DNA of 64,000 nucleotides from an uncultured delta proteobacterium (GTDB taxonomy: Bacteria > Desulfobacterota > Binatia > Bin18). Both the position numbers and the translations under genes were made by a program. Position 1 is the first letter of the stretch. Each line of letters opens with the position of its first letter. The stretch covers positions 283,333-347,332 of the forward strand of contig CAVTCR010000062.1 in NCBI GenBank assembly GCA_963733195.1, read 5' to 3'. Positions 36,473 to 46,438 of this stretch are shown in pieces. The notes under the pieces were generated by a model that saw only the letters and a list, made by a program, of their open reading frames with translations, was not told where the DNA came from and searched no databases.

Positions 36473-37398
36473 CTGAGGATCCGCAAGTACTGCCCCCAGC
36501 GACTCCGTCCGACACTCAGATCGATCGTTTTCTCGCCTACATTACAGTTGAAAGAGGCTTAGCCGCGAATACCGTTGAGGCGTATGGGCGAGATCTTGCG
36601 GACTTGCGTCGCTATATCGTTACGCAAAATATGGACGATCTGAGCACAGTAGGCTCACGTCATCTCATCGGATTCCTCACCACATTGCGTGATCGTGGGC
36701 TTTCTGCACGAAGCCAAGCACGCATACTCACCACTCTGCGTCGATTCTATCAGTTCCTTGAACGTGAGGAGATGCTCACAGGCAAGAACCCCACTGCCCA
36801 TTTGTTGCTGCCCAAAATCGGCCGTCGGTTACCACAAGTACCGTCACAGCAACAAGTCAAAGCGGTTCTTGAGTTGCCGGACAACAACTCTGACCTTGGC
36901 ATTCGCAATCTTGCGATGTTGGAGTTGCTCTATGCCTCTGGATTGCGCGTGTCTGAATTGATTCGCTTGGAGGTCAAACAAGTCAATTTAGAAGCCGGGT
37001 TTTTGCGGGTTCGTGGCAAAGGCGGAAGAGAACGGCTCGTCCCCTTAGGGTCGAGCGCGAAAGATACAATCCTTCACTATCTCAAAACCGCGCGACCAGC
37101 GTTACTCAAAGGGCGCGCGAGTAACTACCTCTTTCTCACTCGTTCTACCAAGCCAATGACTCGTCAAGCGTTTTGGCAGCTCTTACGACAATATGCACTC
37201 CAGAGTAGCGAGGGCGGTAAGTTCTATCCCCATGCATTACGACATGCTTTTGCTACGCATCTTCTTGAAGGTGGGGCTGACCTTCGTGCAGTCCAGGCTA
37301 TGCTCGGTCACGTCGATATCGCCACCACGCAAGTGTACACCCACTTAACCAGCGAACGGTTACGAGAAGTACACAAGAAGTTTCATCCGCGTGGGTGA
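36469..37398 (+). CDS. xerD: Tyrosine site-specific recombinase XerD/XerC
   Basis: 309 aa. The catalytic region is HALRHAFATHLLEGGADLRAVQAMLGHVDIATTQVYTHL. The start overlaps the glnD stop. Confidence 0.85.
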   Translation: MTEDPQVLPPATPSDTQIDRFLAYITVERGLAANTVEAYGRDLADLRRYIVTQNMDDLSTVGSRHLIGFLTTLRDRGLSARSQARILTTLRRFYQFLEREEMLTGKNPTAHLLLPKIGRRLPQVPSQQQVKAVLELPDNNSDLGIRNLAMLELLYASGLRVSELIRLEVKQVNLEAGFLRVRGKGGRERLVPLGSSAKDTILHYLKTARPALLKGRASNYLFLTRSTKPMTRQAFWQLLRQYALQSSEGGKFYPHALRHAFATHLLEGGADLRAVQAMLGHVDIATTQVYTHLTSERLREVHKKFHPRG

Positions 37399-37680
37399 AA
37401 AGCGCAGGGGAAACAGCAAAACAGAAAACTCGTAGTTCATGGGTGGAAGGTACAGCGCTCAGCATGGAAGGCGGAATGGAGCGGCGGCTATTTCTTCCGG
37501 CAAGAGGTCCGCGCTATTATCGAGGGTATGGAGGGAATAGAGTGAGTGATGGCGACACTCCTCTACGAGGTAGGGTTACGGCCGATGGATTGTCTGCGCT
37601 TACGTACAGGAGATCGACTTTGGCAGTAATCAGATCACCGTTCGTGCAGGGAAAGGCGATAAAGATCGTCGGGGTTGTGT
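37399..37680 (+). pseudogene. Degenerate fragment of a second tyrosine recombinase, integron-integrase-like (IntI-like central region only), with internal frameshifts
   Basis: Across three frames it reads ..RQEVRAIIEGMEGIE / ATLLYEVGLRPMDCLRLRTGD / IDFGSNQITVRAGKGDKDRR. This matches the LLYGxGLRxxECLxLRVKDIDFxxxxIxVRxGKGxKDR block of IntI/phage-type integrases. The N- and C-termini are absent. Confidence 0.55.
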
Positions 37681-37764
37681 GAATTGATTGATGCCGCACC
37701 GCTTTACCACCGGCAGCGATGGACACATTCAACGTAGAACAAGACCAATAAAGGGGAACTTGCC

Positions 37765-38748
37765 ATGAAGCTCGCGCTTTATCTACCGAATCTCCGCGAC
37801 AAGATCACCGTCAGCGAAATCGTTGACCTGGCACGTGAAGCGGAGGCTCTCGAATTCGACTCGGTGTGGTCGCTGGACCGCATCGTGGTGCCGGAAGCCT
37901 CGGACCGACAGGAACTCGAGAAGCCTTTTGGCTTCATGACGGAATTCCCGAAGGCGCTTCCAGTCAGCGCACGTGCGGAGTTCCTGCATGGCTTGCCGCT
38001 CATTCCCTATCTGGCGGCAATTACGAAGCGAGTTCGGTTGGGGGTCAGTATCATTGTCACGCCATATCGCGCCCCCGGCGTGTTGGCCGCAGAAATCGCT
38101 ACCTGGGATCACCTCTCGGGCGGGCGCATCAACGTTGGCGTGGGCTCAGGCTGGATGCCGGAGGAGTTCGCCGCGGCAAGCGCCGCTCACATCTACAAGA
38201 AACGTAACAAGCATGTGAGAGAAACGATCGAGGTGATGCAGGGGGTCTGGACCAACGAGTTGTTCGAGTACCATGGAGAATTCGCCGACTTTCCGAAATG
38301 TGGCTTCGGCGTGAAGCCGGTCCAGAAGCCACGGCCACCGATGTTTTTCGGGGGCTTAGGAAAGCCCGAGACCGCGGCGGCGCGTGTCGCCAAGTACGGC
38401 CTCGACGGCTGGATCGGGATCATGGACACGCCGGAAACGATCACCACCTGGCGCGCAGCCATCAAGGACGAGTTCGTGAAGATGGGGAGCACGCATTCCA
38501 TCGACGAGCTCGAAATCTCGAGCATGCTGCCGTTTGAGATCACGCGCGACAAAACTGATCAGACGCCACGCGGCAAGCTCACGCCAACGCTGGTCGGCAC
38601 TGCCGACCAGATCACTGACAATCTCAAGCGGTATCGGGATGCGGGGATGACGATGCCATTGTTGTGGCCGCCGTTCAGCGGGACCCCAACCGCGAAGACC
38701 ATCGTGGACATGCGGCGGCTCGTGCACGACATTCTGCCTAAGGTCTAG
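37765..38748 (+). CDS. LLM-class (luciferase-like) flavin/F420-dependent oxidoreductase
   Basis: 327 aa with a TIM-barrel LLM signature (DSVWSLDR, GGRINVGVGSGW). Confidence 0.8.
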   Translation: MKLALYLPNLRDKITVSEIVDLAREAEALEFDSVWSLDRIVVPEASDRQELEKPFGFMTEFPKALPVSARAEFLHGLPLIPYLAAITKRVRLGVSIIVTPYRAPGVLAAEIATWDHLSGGRINVGVGSGWMPEEFAAASAAHIYKKRNKHVRETIEVMQGVWTNELFEYHGEFADFPKCGFGVKPVQKPRPPMFFGGLGKPETAAARVAKYGLDGWIGIMDTPETITTWRAAIKDEFVKMGSTHSIDELEISSMLPFEITRDKTDQTPRGKLTPTLVGTADQITDNLKRYRDAGMTMPLLWPPFSGTPTAKTIVDMRRLVHDILPKV

Positions 38749-39096
38749 GACCGACTCGAAGAGGAGCATAGGGGACGTTGCAAGGTTATTCAGGTTACAA
38801 GTGCTAAAGGGGCAGTGTTGCCTACGCAGGAGAGCAAAGCCACCTAATCCCTATGAGGTCGCCGGTGTCAAGCGGGCAGAGAGATACATCGCGGGGTACA
38901 CGCGCCACCGCATCGCCGCTCGGTTGCGGTTTGGAAGAAACCTGAACGGGTCGTGTTTGGCCGCGGCTCGAGTGATCGCCGGGCGTTGGGCGCGACAAAC
39001 TAGGACGGTCAGTACCTGAGCTTAGAACCCGCGGCGCCCGGAGTCCGCCGCATGCGCCGAGAGAAGTTCCTAACTTTTGCAGAGGAGGAGAAAAAT

Positions 39097-40212
39097 ATGC
39101 AACACACCAAGCCGCCGTTTCGCGCGGACCACATCGGCAGCCTTCTGCGTCCACCGCAATTACTCGCTGCACGTGCCCAGTATGCGGAGGGGCGCATCAG
39201 CAGCGAGGATTTGCGCAGCATAGAGGACCAGGCCATCCTGGATATCCTCAACGTACAGCGCCAGAGCGGGATCAATATCTACACGGATGGCGAATATCGG
39301 CGTCACTCCTGGCTGACCGCCATGAACGATGCGTTGGACGGGTTCGTTCCTGAGCACGTGCTGGTGCCGTGGCAGGGGCCAGGTGGGGGCATGACCAGAG
39401 TCTCCAGCCAAGTCGTGGGAGGCAAGCTGCGGCAGAAGCGCCGACTGCACGGCCACGAATCAACCTTCCTGAGAGAACATGCTCCTGGCCCATTCAAGAT
39501 CACTCTCGCTAGCGTGATGATGTACGTAGGCCAGGCCTACAAGCCAGGCGTGACGGACAAGAGTTACCCGACAAGAGCCGACCTACGCACGGAGCTGATC
39601 GACATCGTGCGGAACGAGGTTCGACTGCTAGTGGAGGAGGGCGTTCCTTACATCCAGATCGACGACCCTAGCTTGACCTTCTATGTCGACGAGGGGGTGC
39701 GAGAGTTCATGCGCGAGCAGGGTCTCGACATGGACCATTGGGTGGATGATGCGATCGCCGCCGATAACGCCTGTTTGGAGCCCGCAGTGAACTCCCCAAG
39801 TATCCGGGCGCTGCATCTCTGCCGCGGCAACTCACAAGGCCGGTGGCTAGTCAACGGTGGCTACGAGCCGATTGCCGAGCGCTTGTTCAACTTGGTGCAG
39901 GCCGACCGCTTCTTGCTCGAATACGACAGTGAGCGCGCGGGCGGCTTCGAACCGCTACGATTTGTACCCAGGGGTAAGACGGTAGTGCTAGGTCTGGTCA
40001 GCACCAAGAGCAAAGAGCTGGAGTCTCAGGACGATCTGCTGCGCCGCATTGAGGAGGCGTCCAAATACGTGCCCGTGGAGAACCTGGCGATCAGCCCGCA
40101 GTGTGGCTTCGCGACCGTCTCCGTCGGAAATCCCCTCACGTATGACGATCAGCAACGCAAACTGCAGCTCGTGGTCGATACGACCGAGAAGGTTTGGGGC
40201 AGGCCGTTTTAG
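39097..40212 (+). CDS. Cobalamin-independent methionine synthase C-terminal-domain-like protein (MetE/UROD superfamily)
   Basis: About 371 aa from MQHTKPPFRADHIGSLLRP. Carries the MetE-C-like motifs HxCxG..W and a Cys/Glu zinc site (LCRGNSQG). Confidence 0.7.
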   Translation: MQHTKPPFRADHIGSLLRPPQLLAARAQYAEGRISSEDLRSIEDQAILDILNVQRQSGINIYTDGEYRRHSWLTAMNDALDGFVPEHVLVPWQGPGGGMTRVSSQVVGGKLRQKRRLHGHESTFLREHAPGPFKITLASVMMYVGQAYKPGVTDKSYPTRADLRTELIDIVRNEVRLLVEEGVPYIQIDDPSLTFYVDEGVREFMREQGLDMDHWVDDAIAADNACLEPAVNSPSIRALHLCRGNSQGRWLVNGGYEPIAERLFNLVQADRFLLEYDSERAGGFEPLRFVPRGKTVVLGLVSTKSKELESQDDLLRRIEEASKYVPVENLAISPQCGFATVSVGNPLTYDDQQRKLQLVVDTTEKVWGRPF

Positions 40213-40403
40213 AGGGAGGCTGTAGCGTCGGCCTGGGACCGGCGCTCGGTTCCCAGCAGGCTTTCACCTCACCTTCGATATCAAAGCCATCCCACTTCCG
40301 CTGGCTGGTAGGTAACTGCTTCAGAGCAGCAAGGGGAAAAAGGCTGATTTCTCTCCCTCTTCCCCTTTGACCCGTTTTCCCTTTCGCCCTTTTCGTATTC
40401 GGG

Positions 40404-41498
40404 CTACATCACCACCACACTACGAGCGACTTCGCCTTTTTCGAGTGCAGTCATTGCCGTGTTCACCTCATCAAGCGAGTACGTCCGTGAAACGAGTTCG
40501 TCGATCTTCAGCTTCTTTTTCATGTAGAGATCGATGAGTCGTGGCATATCGACGTGCGGTCGGGCCGAGCCGTACACCGACCCTTTAATCACTTTTTCCG
40601 TCAGCAGACTCGACGCTGGAATCGTTACCGTGTCTTCCCGTGAAGGCGCACCAACCACAATCGTCGTCCCACCTTGACGTGCGCACGCATACGCTTGCTC
40701 AATGGTCTTGCCTAACCCGATCACTTCAAACGAATAATCCGCACCACGCCCTTCTGTCAGACTGCGCACGGTCTTCACCAATTCTTGCTGAGTGGGGTTA
40801 ATCGTATGAGTGGCACCAAACTGCTTCGCGTATTCCAGCTTGTTATCCATCAAATCAACACCGATAATCGTCGCTGCGCCAGCAATCGCGCATCCCTGGA
40901 TCACATTCAGTCCGACACCTCCACAACCAATCACCACACAATTTGTTCCAGGCTCGACTTTTGCCGTATTGATCGCTGCCCCAACGCCCGTCATTACGCC
41001 ACAACCAACCAGACATACCTTCTCTAACGGCACGTCATTCGCCACTTTCACACAGGAAGTCTCCGCCACCACCGTATACTGGGCAAAACATGATACCCCA
41101 GCCATGTGGTAAATCTGCTTGCCGTTCTTCTTCAGACGGGTAGTGCCATCTAGAAGGGTTCCCTTCCCCATCGTCAAGCGCATATTGTCACATAATACTG
41201 GTCTCCCGAGGGAACAGTAGTAACAATGTCCGCAATACGGCGCGAACGACAACACCACATGGTCGCCTGGTTTGACCATGGTTACTCCAGGGCCGATCTC
41301 TTCGACGATTCCCGCACCTTCGTGTCCGGGAACAACGGGCAGAGGAGAACGTAACACTCCATGAATAACAGAGTAGTCGCTATGGCAGACACCATTGGCG
41401 ACGATCTTTACCCGGACTTCCCCCGCTTTGGGGTTATCGAGATCAATCTCTTCAACCTTCAGTGGAGTCTTGAGTTCATACAGCACCGCAGCTTTCAT
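40404..41498 (-). CDS. Zinc-dependent alcohol dehydrogenase (class III ADH-like)
   Basis: GHEGAGIV, a structural Zn Cys cluster (CGHCYYCS) and a Rossmann GCGGVG. Confidence 0.9.
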   Translation of the reverse strand: MKAAVLYELKTPLKVEEIDLDNPKAGEVRVKIVANGVCHSDYSVIHGVLRSPLPVVPGHEGAGIVEEIGPGVTMVKPGDHVVLSFAPYCGHCYYCSLGRPVLCDNMRLTMGKGTLLDGTTRLKKNGKQIYHMAGVSCFAQYTVVAETSCVKVANDVPLEKVCLVGCGVMTGVGAAINTAKVEPGTNCVVIGCGGVGLNVIQGCAIAGAATIIGVDLMDNKLEYAKQFGATHTINPTQQELVKTVRSLTEGRGADYSFEVIGLGKTIEQAYACARQGGTTIVVGAPSREDTVTIPASSLLTEKVIKGSVYGSARPHVDMPRLIDLYMKKKLKIDELVSRTYSLDEVNTAMTALEKGEVARSVVVM

Positions 41499-41565
41499 TT
41501 GAATTCCTCCTTATCTGAGCAAGTAGTAGGCAACTTGATTTGAGTTCCCAGGAGTTCCCTTCACG

Positions 41566-41612
41566 CAATACGTAACACGTATCACGTTTTCCGTATCACG
41601 TTTCACGTTCCG
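41566..41612. repeat. Heptamer array of the CGTAAAA/CACGTTT family
   Basis: atacgtaacacgtatcacgttttccgtatcacgtttcacgttcc. Confidence 0.7.
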
Positions 41613-42592
41613 TCCCGCAATACCGAACTTTCCAAAATTTGTACTGATGCAGCATGTGGATCGATTTTTCCTTCACTGACCTCTTCAAGGAAATGTGCGA
41701 ACGCAGAATCAGTCCGCGCCTTTGTCGTCAGCCGCCGCCGTACCTCGTATTCCACACGAGACAGAAGCTCTTCCCGGCGACGTGTTTTGCGACGTCGGTC
41801 CAATTCCCCACTCTCACCAAGGTATTGATGATGCTGCTCAATCGCTTCATACAGTTCGGTCATCCCGATGTTGTTGAGCGCTTGCGCTGGCAAGACGGGA
41901 ATACGCCAAAACGATTGTCCGGGCTCTGGATGTGGCAAGTTGCTATATTTCAAGTCGAGCATCAACGTCAGCTCAGTCTGCATGCGATCCGCACCATCGC
42001 GGTCGGCTTTGTTCACCACGAAGATGTCAGCAATCTCCATCAGACCGGCTTTCATCGCCTGCACCCCATCACCAGCCTCTGGCACAACTGTCACAAGCAC
42101 CGTATCAGTCGCCCCCATCACATCCAGTTCAGTCTGTCCAACTCCCACCGTTTCAATCAGCACGTAGTCACGACCAGAGGCATCAAGCAATTTTGTGACA
42201 TCTTTGGTCGCGCGGGAGAGACCACCGTGACTTCCACGGGTCGCCATGCTGCGAATGAAAACACCTTTATCGAGGTAATGCTGGGTCATACGAATGCGAT
42301 CACCGAGTAACGCGCCACCAGTGAACGGACTCGAAGGATCAATTGCTACCACTCCGACTGTCTTCCCTGCTTTTCGCATCAGAGCGGCTAGACGATCAAC
42401 CACACTGGACTTGCCTGCGCCAGGAGGGCCAGTAATCCCGATGGTAAACGCCTTCCCAAGCCGAGGAGCAATAGCTTCCAGAATAGGGCCGACTTCACGA
42501 CCTTCCCGTTCAACTAAGGTCATCAAGCGTGCCAGCGCAACTTCATCACCGGCAAACATCTTGTCGAGTAACTGTATAAGCGTTATTGCCAT
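41603..42592 (-). CDS. meaB: Methylmalonyl-CoA mutase-associated GTPase MeaB (ArgK family)
   Basis: P-loop GITGPPGAGKSS and ETVGVGQ; colinear with MeaB. Confidence 0.9.
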   Translation of the reverse strand: MAITLIQLLDKMFAGDEVALARLMTLVEREGREVGPILEAIAPRLGKAFTIGITGPPGAGKSSVVDRLAALMRKAGKTVGVVAIDPSSPFTGGALLGDRIRMTQHYLDKGVFIRSMATRGSHGGLSRATKDVTKLLDASGRDYVLIETVGVGQTELDVMGATDTVLVTVVPEAGDGVQAMKAGLMEIADIFVVNKADRDGADRMQTELTLMLDLKYSNLPHPEPGQSFWRIPVLPAQALNNIGMTELYEAIEQHHQYLGESGELDRRRKTRRREELLSRVEYEVRRRLTTKARTDSAFAHFLEEVSEGKIDPHAASVQILESSVLRDGT

Positions 42593-42792
42593 GTAGGTGG
42601 TTCTCTCTCCTTGTCGGTAAGCGTTTAGCCATCAGCGATCAGCTTTCAGCATGATGGCGTTTTCATCTTCCCACCTACTGACGACTGACTACTGAAATCC
42701 TGACTCCTGACTTAGCAGACAACATTCGTTTCTTTAAGATGGGCAGACGACGGGCGAAAAGACACTGTCAAAGTAAAATGGCTTTGCTATGT

Positions 42793-42895
42793 ACGACGTA
42801 AAACGTAAAGCGTAAAACGTAAGAGGAAGAAATGAAGAGTTAGGCCTCACGTCTCACGTGTTGCGTATTGCGTGTTGCATATTATTACGCGTTGC
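42793..42895. repeat. Heptamer arrays (CGTAAAA)x4 then (CACGTNT/TGCGTRT)x5, in the divergent promoter region between meaB and the crotonase gene
   Basis: acgtaaaacgtaaagcgtaaaacgtaaga ... cacgtctcacgtgttgcgtattgcgtgttgcatatt. Confidence 0.7.
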
Positions 42896-42924
42896 TCAAA
42901 ACTCACTGCCCAGGAGACCCCACA

Positions 42925-43699
42925 TGGAATGGGACACGATTCGGTTAGAAAAAGAAGGACAGATTGGATTTCTCATCCTCGATCGTCCAGCGTCGCTCAA
43001 CGCAGTTAACGACCAACTCATCCTCGACTTGGAAGAGGCGTGTAAAGCTATTCAGGCAGACCAGATCTCCGCGTTGTTGTCGTGAAAGGTGAAGGGAGGG
43101 CATTTTGTTCGGGAATGGATTTACGTGCGGCGGCGAATCGACCAGCCACCATTGAGGCGATCCGCTCCACCTGGTTGCCGTGGGAACGAGCACTGCAAAT
43201 TCTCGATAACCTCAACCAGTTAACCATCGCCTCGATCCATGGTCCTTGTCTGGGTGCTGGTTTTGAATTGATTCTCTCTTGCGATTTTCGTATTGCCGCG
43301 AGCACAGCGTTTTTCTCCTCACCGCAAGTGCTTTACGGCTCTCCAGCCGACGCGACATCAACCTATCGGCTGCCCCAACTCATTGGCCTGGCAAAAGCAA
43401 AAGAGATTGTCATTCTCGGTGAGCGGTTTGATGCAGCAAAAGCCGAACAATGGGGATTGTTAACCAAGCTCGTTGAGCCCGAACGGTTAACCGAAGAAAC
43501 GCAGAAGCTCGCTGAGCGCTGTTTACAAGTCGGGTGGAAAGCCGCGGCAGCGGTGAAACATCTCCTTGCTCGCTCGTGGCAGCTCGACCTACAGACGTTA
43601 GAGCAAGAGATCGATCGCGGCCGTACCGTCTCATTGGAGACCAGTGAGTTTAGTGAGTCGATGGAAATGTATCGGGAGAAGAGAAAGCCCCGCGTTTAG
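42925..43699 (+). CDS. Enoyl-CoA hydratase/isomerase (crotonase) family protein, apparent frameshift near 43065
   Basis: 42925-43085 (MEWDTIRLEKEGQIGFLILDRPASLNA) and 43082-43699 (GEGRAFCSGMDL...) are colinear with crotonase but in different frames. Confidence 0.7.
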
Positions 43700-43742
43700 G
43701 CTCTGGGATTTAGGAATTGGGAAGAAGGCTTTACCAATCAAT

Positions 43743-44993
43743 ATGCAAGACCGTCGTCTAAAGAGAGACCCACTAACTCCCAGATCCCAACTCCCAACTC
43801 CTCTCAGTGAGCTGATGCTCCGTTTCATCACCGAACTCCGCACCGCCGGGCTGCGCATTTCCATTGCCGAAAGTATGGACGCCATGGAGGCGATTGGTGC
43901 TGTTGGTCTTGAACAAGATCTCCTCCGTGAAGCACTCGCTGCAAGTTTGGTGAAAGAAGAAGACGATCGCTTCACGTTCGATGAAATTTTTACCCGTTTC
44001 TTTGCGGGTCCGAAGGGACACCGAAAAAGCAAACTACAAACCAGCTCCGGCGAAGGCGAGCGACAACAGACAAAAACACAAGGAAATCTTGGCCGTCCGC
44101 AAGAACGCCCACCGGAAAAACAGCAACCTCGTGAGTCCATGACCTTGCAACGCTCAGAGCAACCAAAGGAACGAGAATCAGGTCCAACCTCTTCCTCAGA
44201 AACGCAGGGAAAAAAACGCGATCAAGAGGAACAAGCAGAGCAAAAGCCAACTCCTAACTCCCAACTCCCAACTCCTAAAAACAAAGCGCTGCTGGAGAAA
44301 CCGTTTCACCTTTTCGATGCTCGTGATGTTGAAGAAGCAAAAGAGTTAGTTGAGGTCCTCGCTCGCCAACTGCGTGGACGGCTGAGCCGTCGTTACAAAC
44401 CACGTAAGCACGGTCGACTCGATTTCCGCCGCACTATTCGCGCATCTATCAGTCATGGCGGAGTTCCAATTGACTTACGGTTACGTGATCGCCGCCCAGG
44501 AAAGCCTGATCTCATTGTGTTCTGCGATCTTTCCGGTTCTGTCGCAACAGTAAGTGACTTCCTACTTGCACTCATTGCCCCAGCATCGTCGTATTTCCGA
44601 CGGGTACGCACGTTCGCGTATGTAGACCGCTTGTGCGAAGTGTCATTCGAGCATGGGCATATCGTACCGCACGCAGAGCTTGATCTTTATGCACGATCTG
44701 ATTTTGGCAAGGTCTTGCAACACTTTTGGCAACAAAACGGAGAGCTGATACTCAGCCATCAAACCCTGGTGCTTGTTCTTGGAGACGCACGTAACAATCG
44801 TCGTCCGCCACGTCCAGATCTTTTGGTCCGCATCCGCGACTCTACCAAAAAACTCGTATGGCTCAACCCAGAACCCCCTTCACGTTGGAATACCGGAGAT
44901 AGTGTGATGAAACTGTACAAACCTGTCTGTGACATGGTCTTGGCGTGTGGTAATTTGCGGGAACTGTTCATCGCATTAAAGCAAGCTTTTTAA
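43743..44993 (+). CDS. VWA domain protein of the CoxE family
   Basis: A C-terminal VWA/MIDAS region (DLIVFCDLSGSVATV) is preceded by RRTIRASISHGG, as in CoxE-like proteins. The N-terminal half is low-complexity and charged, and is partly encoded by GGGAGTT heptamer repeats. Confidence 0.65.
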   Translation: MQDRRLKRDPLTPRSQLPTPLSELMLRFITELRTAGLRISIAESMDAMEAIGAVGLEQDLLREALAASLVKEEDDRFTFDEIFTRFFAGPKGHRKSKLQTSSGEGERQQTKTQGNLGRPQERPPEKQQPRESMTLQRSEQPKERESGPTSSSETQGKKRDQEEQAEQKPTPNSQLPTPKNKALLEKPFHLFDARDVEEAKELVEVLARQLRGRLSRRYKPRKHGRLDFRRTIRASISHGGVPIDLRLRDRRPGKPDLIVFCDLSGSVATVSDFLLALIAPASSYFRRVRTFAYVDRLCEVSFEHGHIVPHAELDLYARSDFGKVLQHFWQQNGELILSHQTLVLVLGDARNNRRPPRPDLLVRIRDSTKKLVWLNPEPPSRWNTGDSVMKLYKPVCDMVLACGNLRELFIALKQAF

Positions 44994-45003
44994 GGACGGA
45001 TTT

Positions 45004-45894
45004 ATGAAGTACGAAGATGCAACGAAACACCCCGCCCATCCATCTGCGACTATGCCTCCTGTCCCTCTTACTCTCGAAGGCTGGAGCATGCTTCATCAAA
45101 TGTTCCGTATTCGCTGGACAGCTTGGCGAGCACTTGCTGCTCAACAGCAGAAAGAAATTCTTGAAGAAGCAAGTGTAGCACTGGCAGAGATGGAGCAACG
45201 AAAAGATGGACAAAGTGCGCTCTTCTCTATGCTCGGTCACAAAGGAGATCTGCTGCTGTTTCATTTTCGTAAGACGTTCGACGAACTTAACGAAGCTGAG
45301 TTGCAGCTTGCTACGCTGCGCCTTCACGAATTTCTTGAACCAACGACTTCATACTTATCAGTGGTCGAAATGGGACTGTATGAAGGAAGTACGCGCTTAT
45401 ACGCCGCGTTGCAAGAAAAAGGAATTCAACCAGGAACTGCAGAATGGCAACAAGCGGTCGACGCCGAGCTCGTGCGACAACGACAAGCAATGGGACAACG
45501 GCTCTGGTCAGAGATCCCACCGCGCCGCTACGTCTGTTTCTATCCAATGGATAAGAAACGCGGCGAAGTAAACAACTGGTATAGTGCGCCTATCACTGAG
45601 CGTCACCTCATGATGCGCGACCACGGCATGATTGGTCGCAAGTATGCCGGACAAGTGACGCAGATTATTTCTGGCTCGATCGGTTTTGACGACTGGGAAT
45701 GGGGCGTTGACCTCTTCGCTGATGATCCGCTGGTATTCAAGAAACTAGTCTATGAAATGCGTTTCGATGAAGCCAGTGCGTTATACGGCCTTTTTGGCAC
45801 CTTCTACGTCGGATTGCGTTTCATGGCGAAGGAACTTGGAACATTGCTGGCTGGGAAGACGCCAAGGTTCGTACCGGAACAATCTTCACGATAG
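45004..45894 (+). CDS. Chlorite dismutase family protein (Cld-like / HemQ-like heme-binding ferredoxin-like fold)
   Basis: 296 aa with the Cld/HemQ family motifs YPMDKKRGEVNNWY and HGMIGRKY. Confidence 0.75.
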   Translation: MKYEDATKHPAHPSATMPPVPLTLEGWSMLHQMFRIRWTAWRALAAQQQKEILEEASVALAEMEQRKDGQSALFSMLGHKGDLLLFHFRKTFDELNEAELQLATLRLHEFLEPTTSYLSVVEMGLYEGSTRLYAALQEKGIQPGTAEWQQAVDAELVRQRQAMGQRLWSEIPPRRYVCFYPMDKKRGEVNNWYSAPITERHLMMRDHGMIGRKYAGQVTQIISGSIGFDDWEWGVDLFADDPLVFKKLVYEMRFDEASALYGLFGTFYVGLRFMAKELGTLLAGKTPRFVPEQSSR

Positions 45895-45933
45895 CGGTGC
45901 TCTTGAGGCTATTCTGGCAAAATGAATCACCTA

Positions 45934-45972
45934 CGCTGAGGAACCGATTCACTTGCTACAGTCGCCTCAGCG
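45934..45972. terminator. Possible bidirectional hairpin between convergent genes
   Basis: cgctgagg, a 23-nt loop, then cctcagcg. Confidence 0.25.
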
Positions 45973-45992
45973 TTCATCATAAAATCTGACGC

Positions 45993-46416
45993 TTACTTCT
46001 TCCCACTGTTCATCGCCTGGCTCAGCGCCTGCCGATACGGATATGTATCCATGTAGATACGCAAGACCTTGAACTTGCCTTTTTCATCAAAAGTCCAAAA
46101 GTTCAGATTGTTCATCACAATTGGTGCTCCGTCTTTTGTCTTGCCTTCGAGATGCAAGGGAGCGACTAGTTTGCGCCCGTCGATGACAATGTCCGTCGGT
46201 CCGGCGTGGTAATCGACCAGGCTGCTCACCAGGTTCGTATAGAACGCACGCAACGCGGTTTTCCCGCGAATTCCTTCTTCGCCTGTCATCGGGTTAATGA
46301 CGTGCGCGTCATCAGCAAACAGTTCGAGAATCCCGTTCAACATTCCCCTTGGTGACGTTCTCGAAGTACGTGCGTGCCGCTTGCTCCATCGCTTCTTGCT
46401 CGACTGTGCGTGGCAT
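45993..46416 (-). CDS. NTF2-like / SnoaL-like small protein, apparent frameshift near 46340
   Basis: An N-terminal MPRTVEQEAMEQAARTYFENVTKGNVERD (start 46416, RBS aggaggg) joins a C-terminal ..ILELFADDAHVINPMTGEEGIRGKTALRAFY.. in another frame. Confidence 0.5.
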
Positions 46417-46438
46417 GACGTTCCCTCCTTTTTGGACT

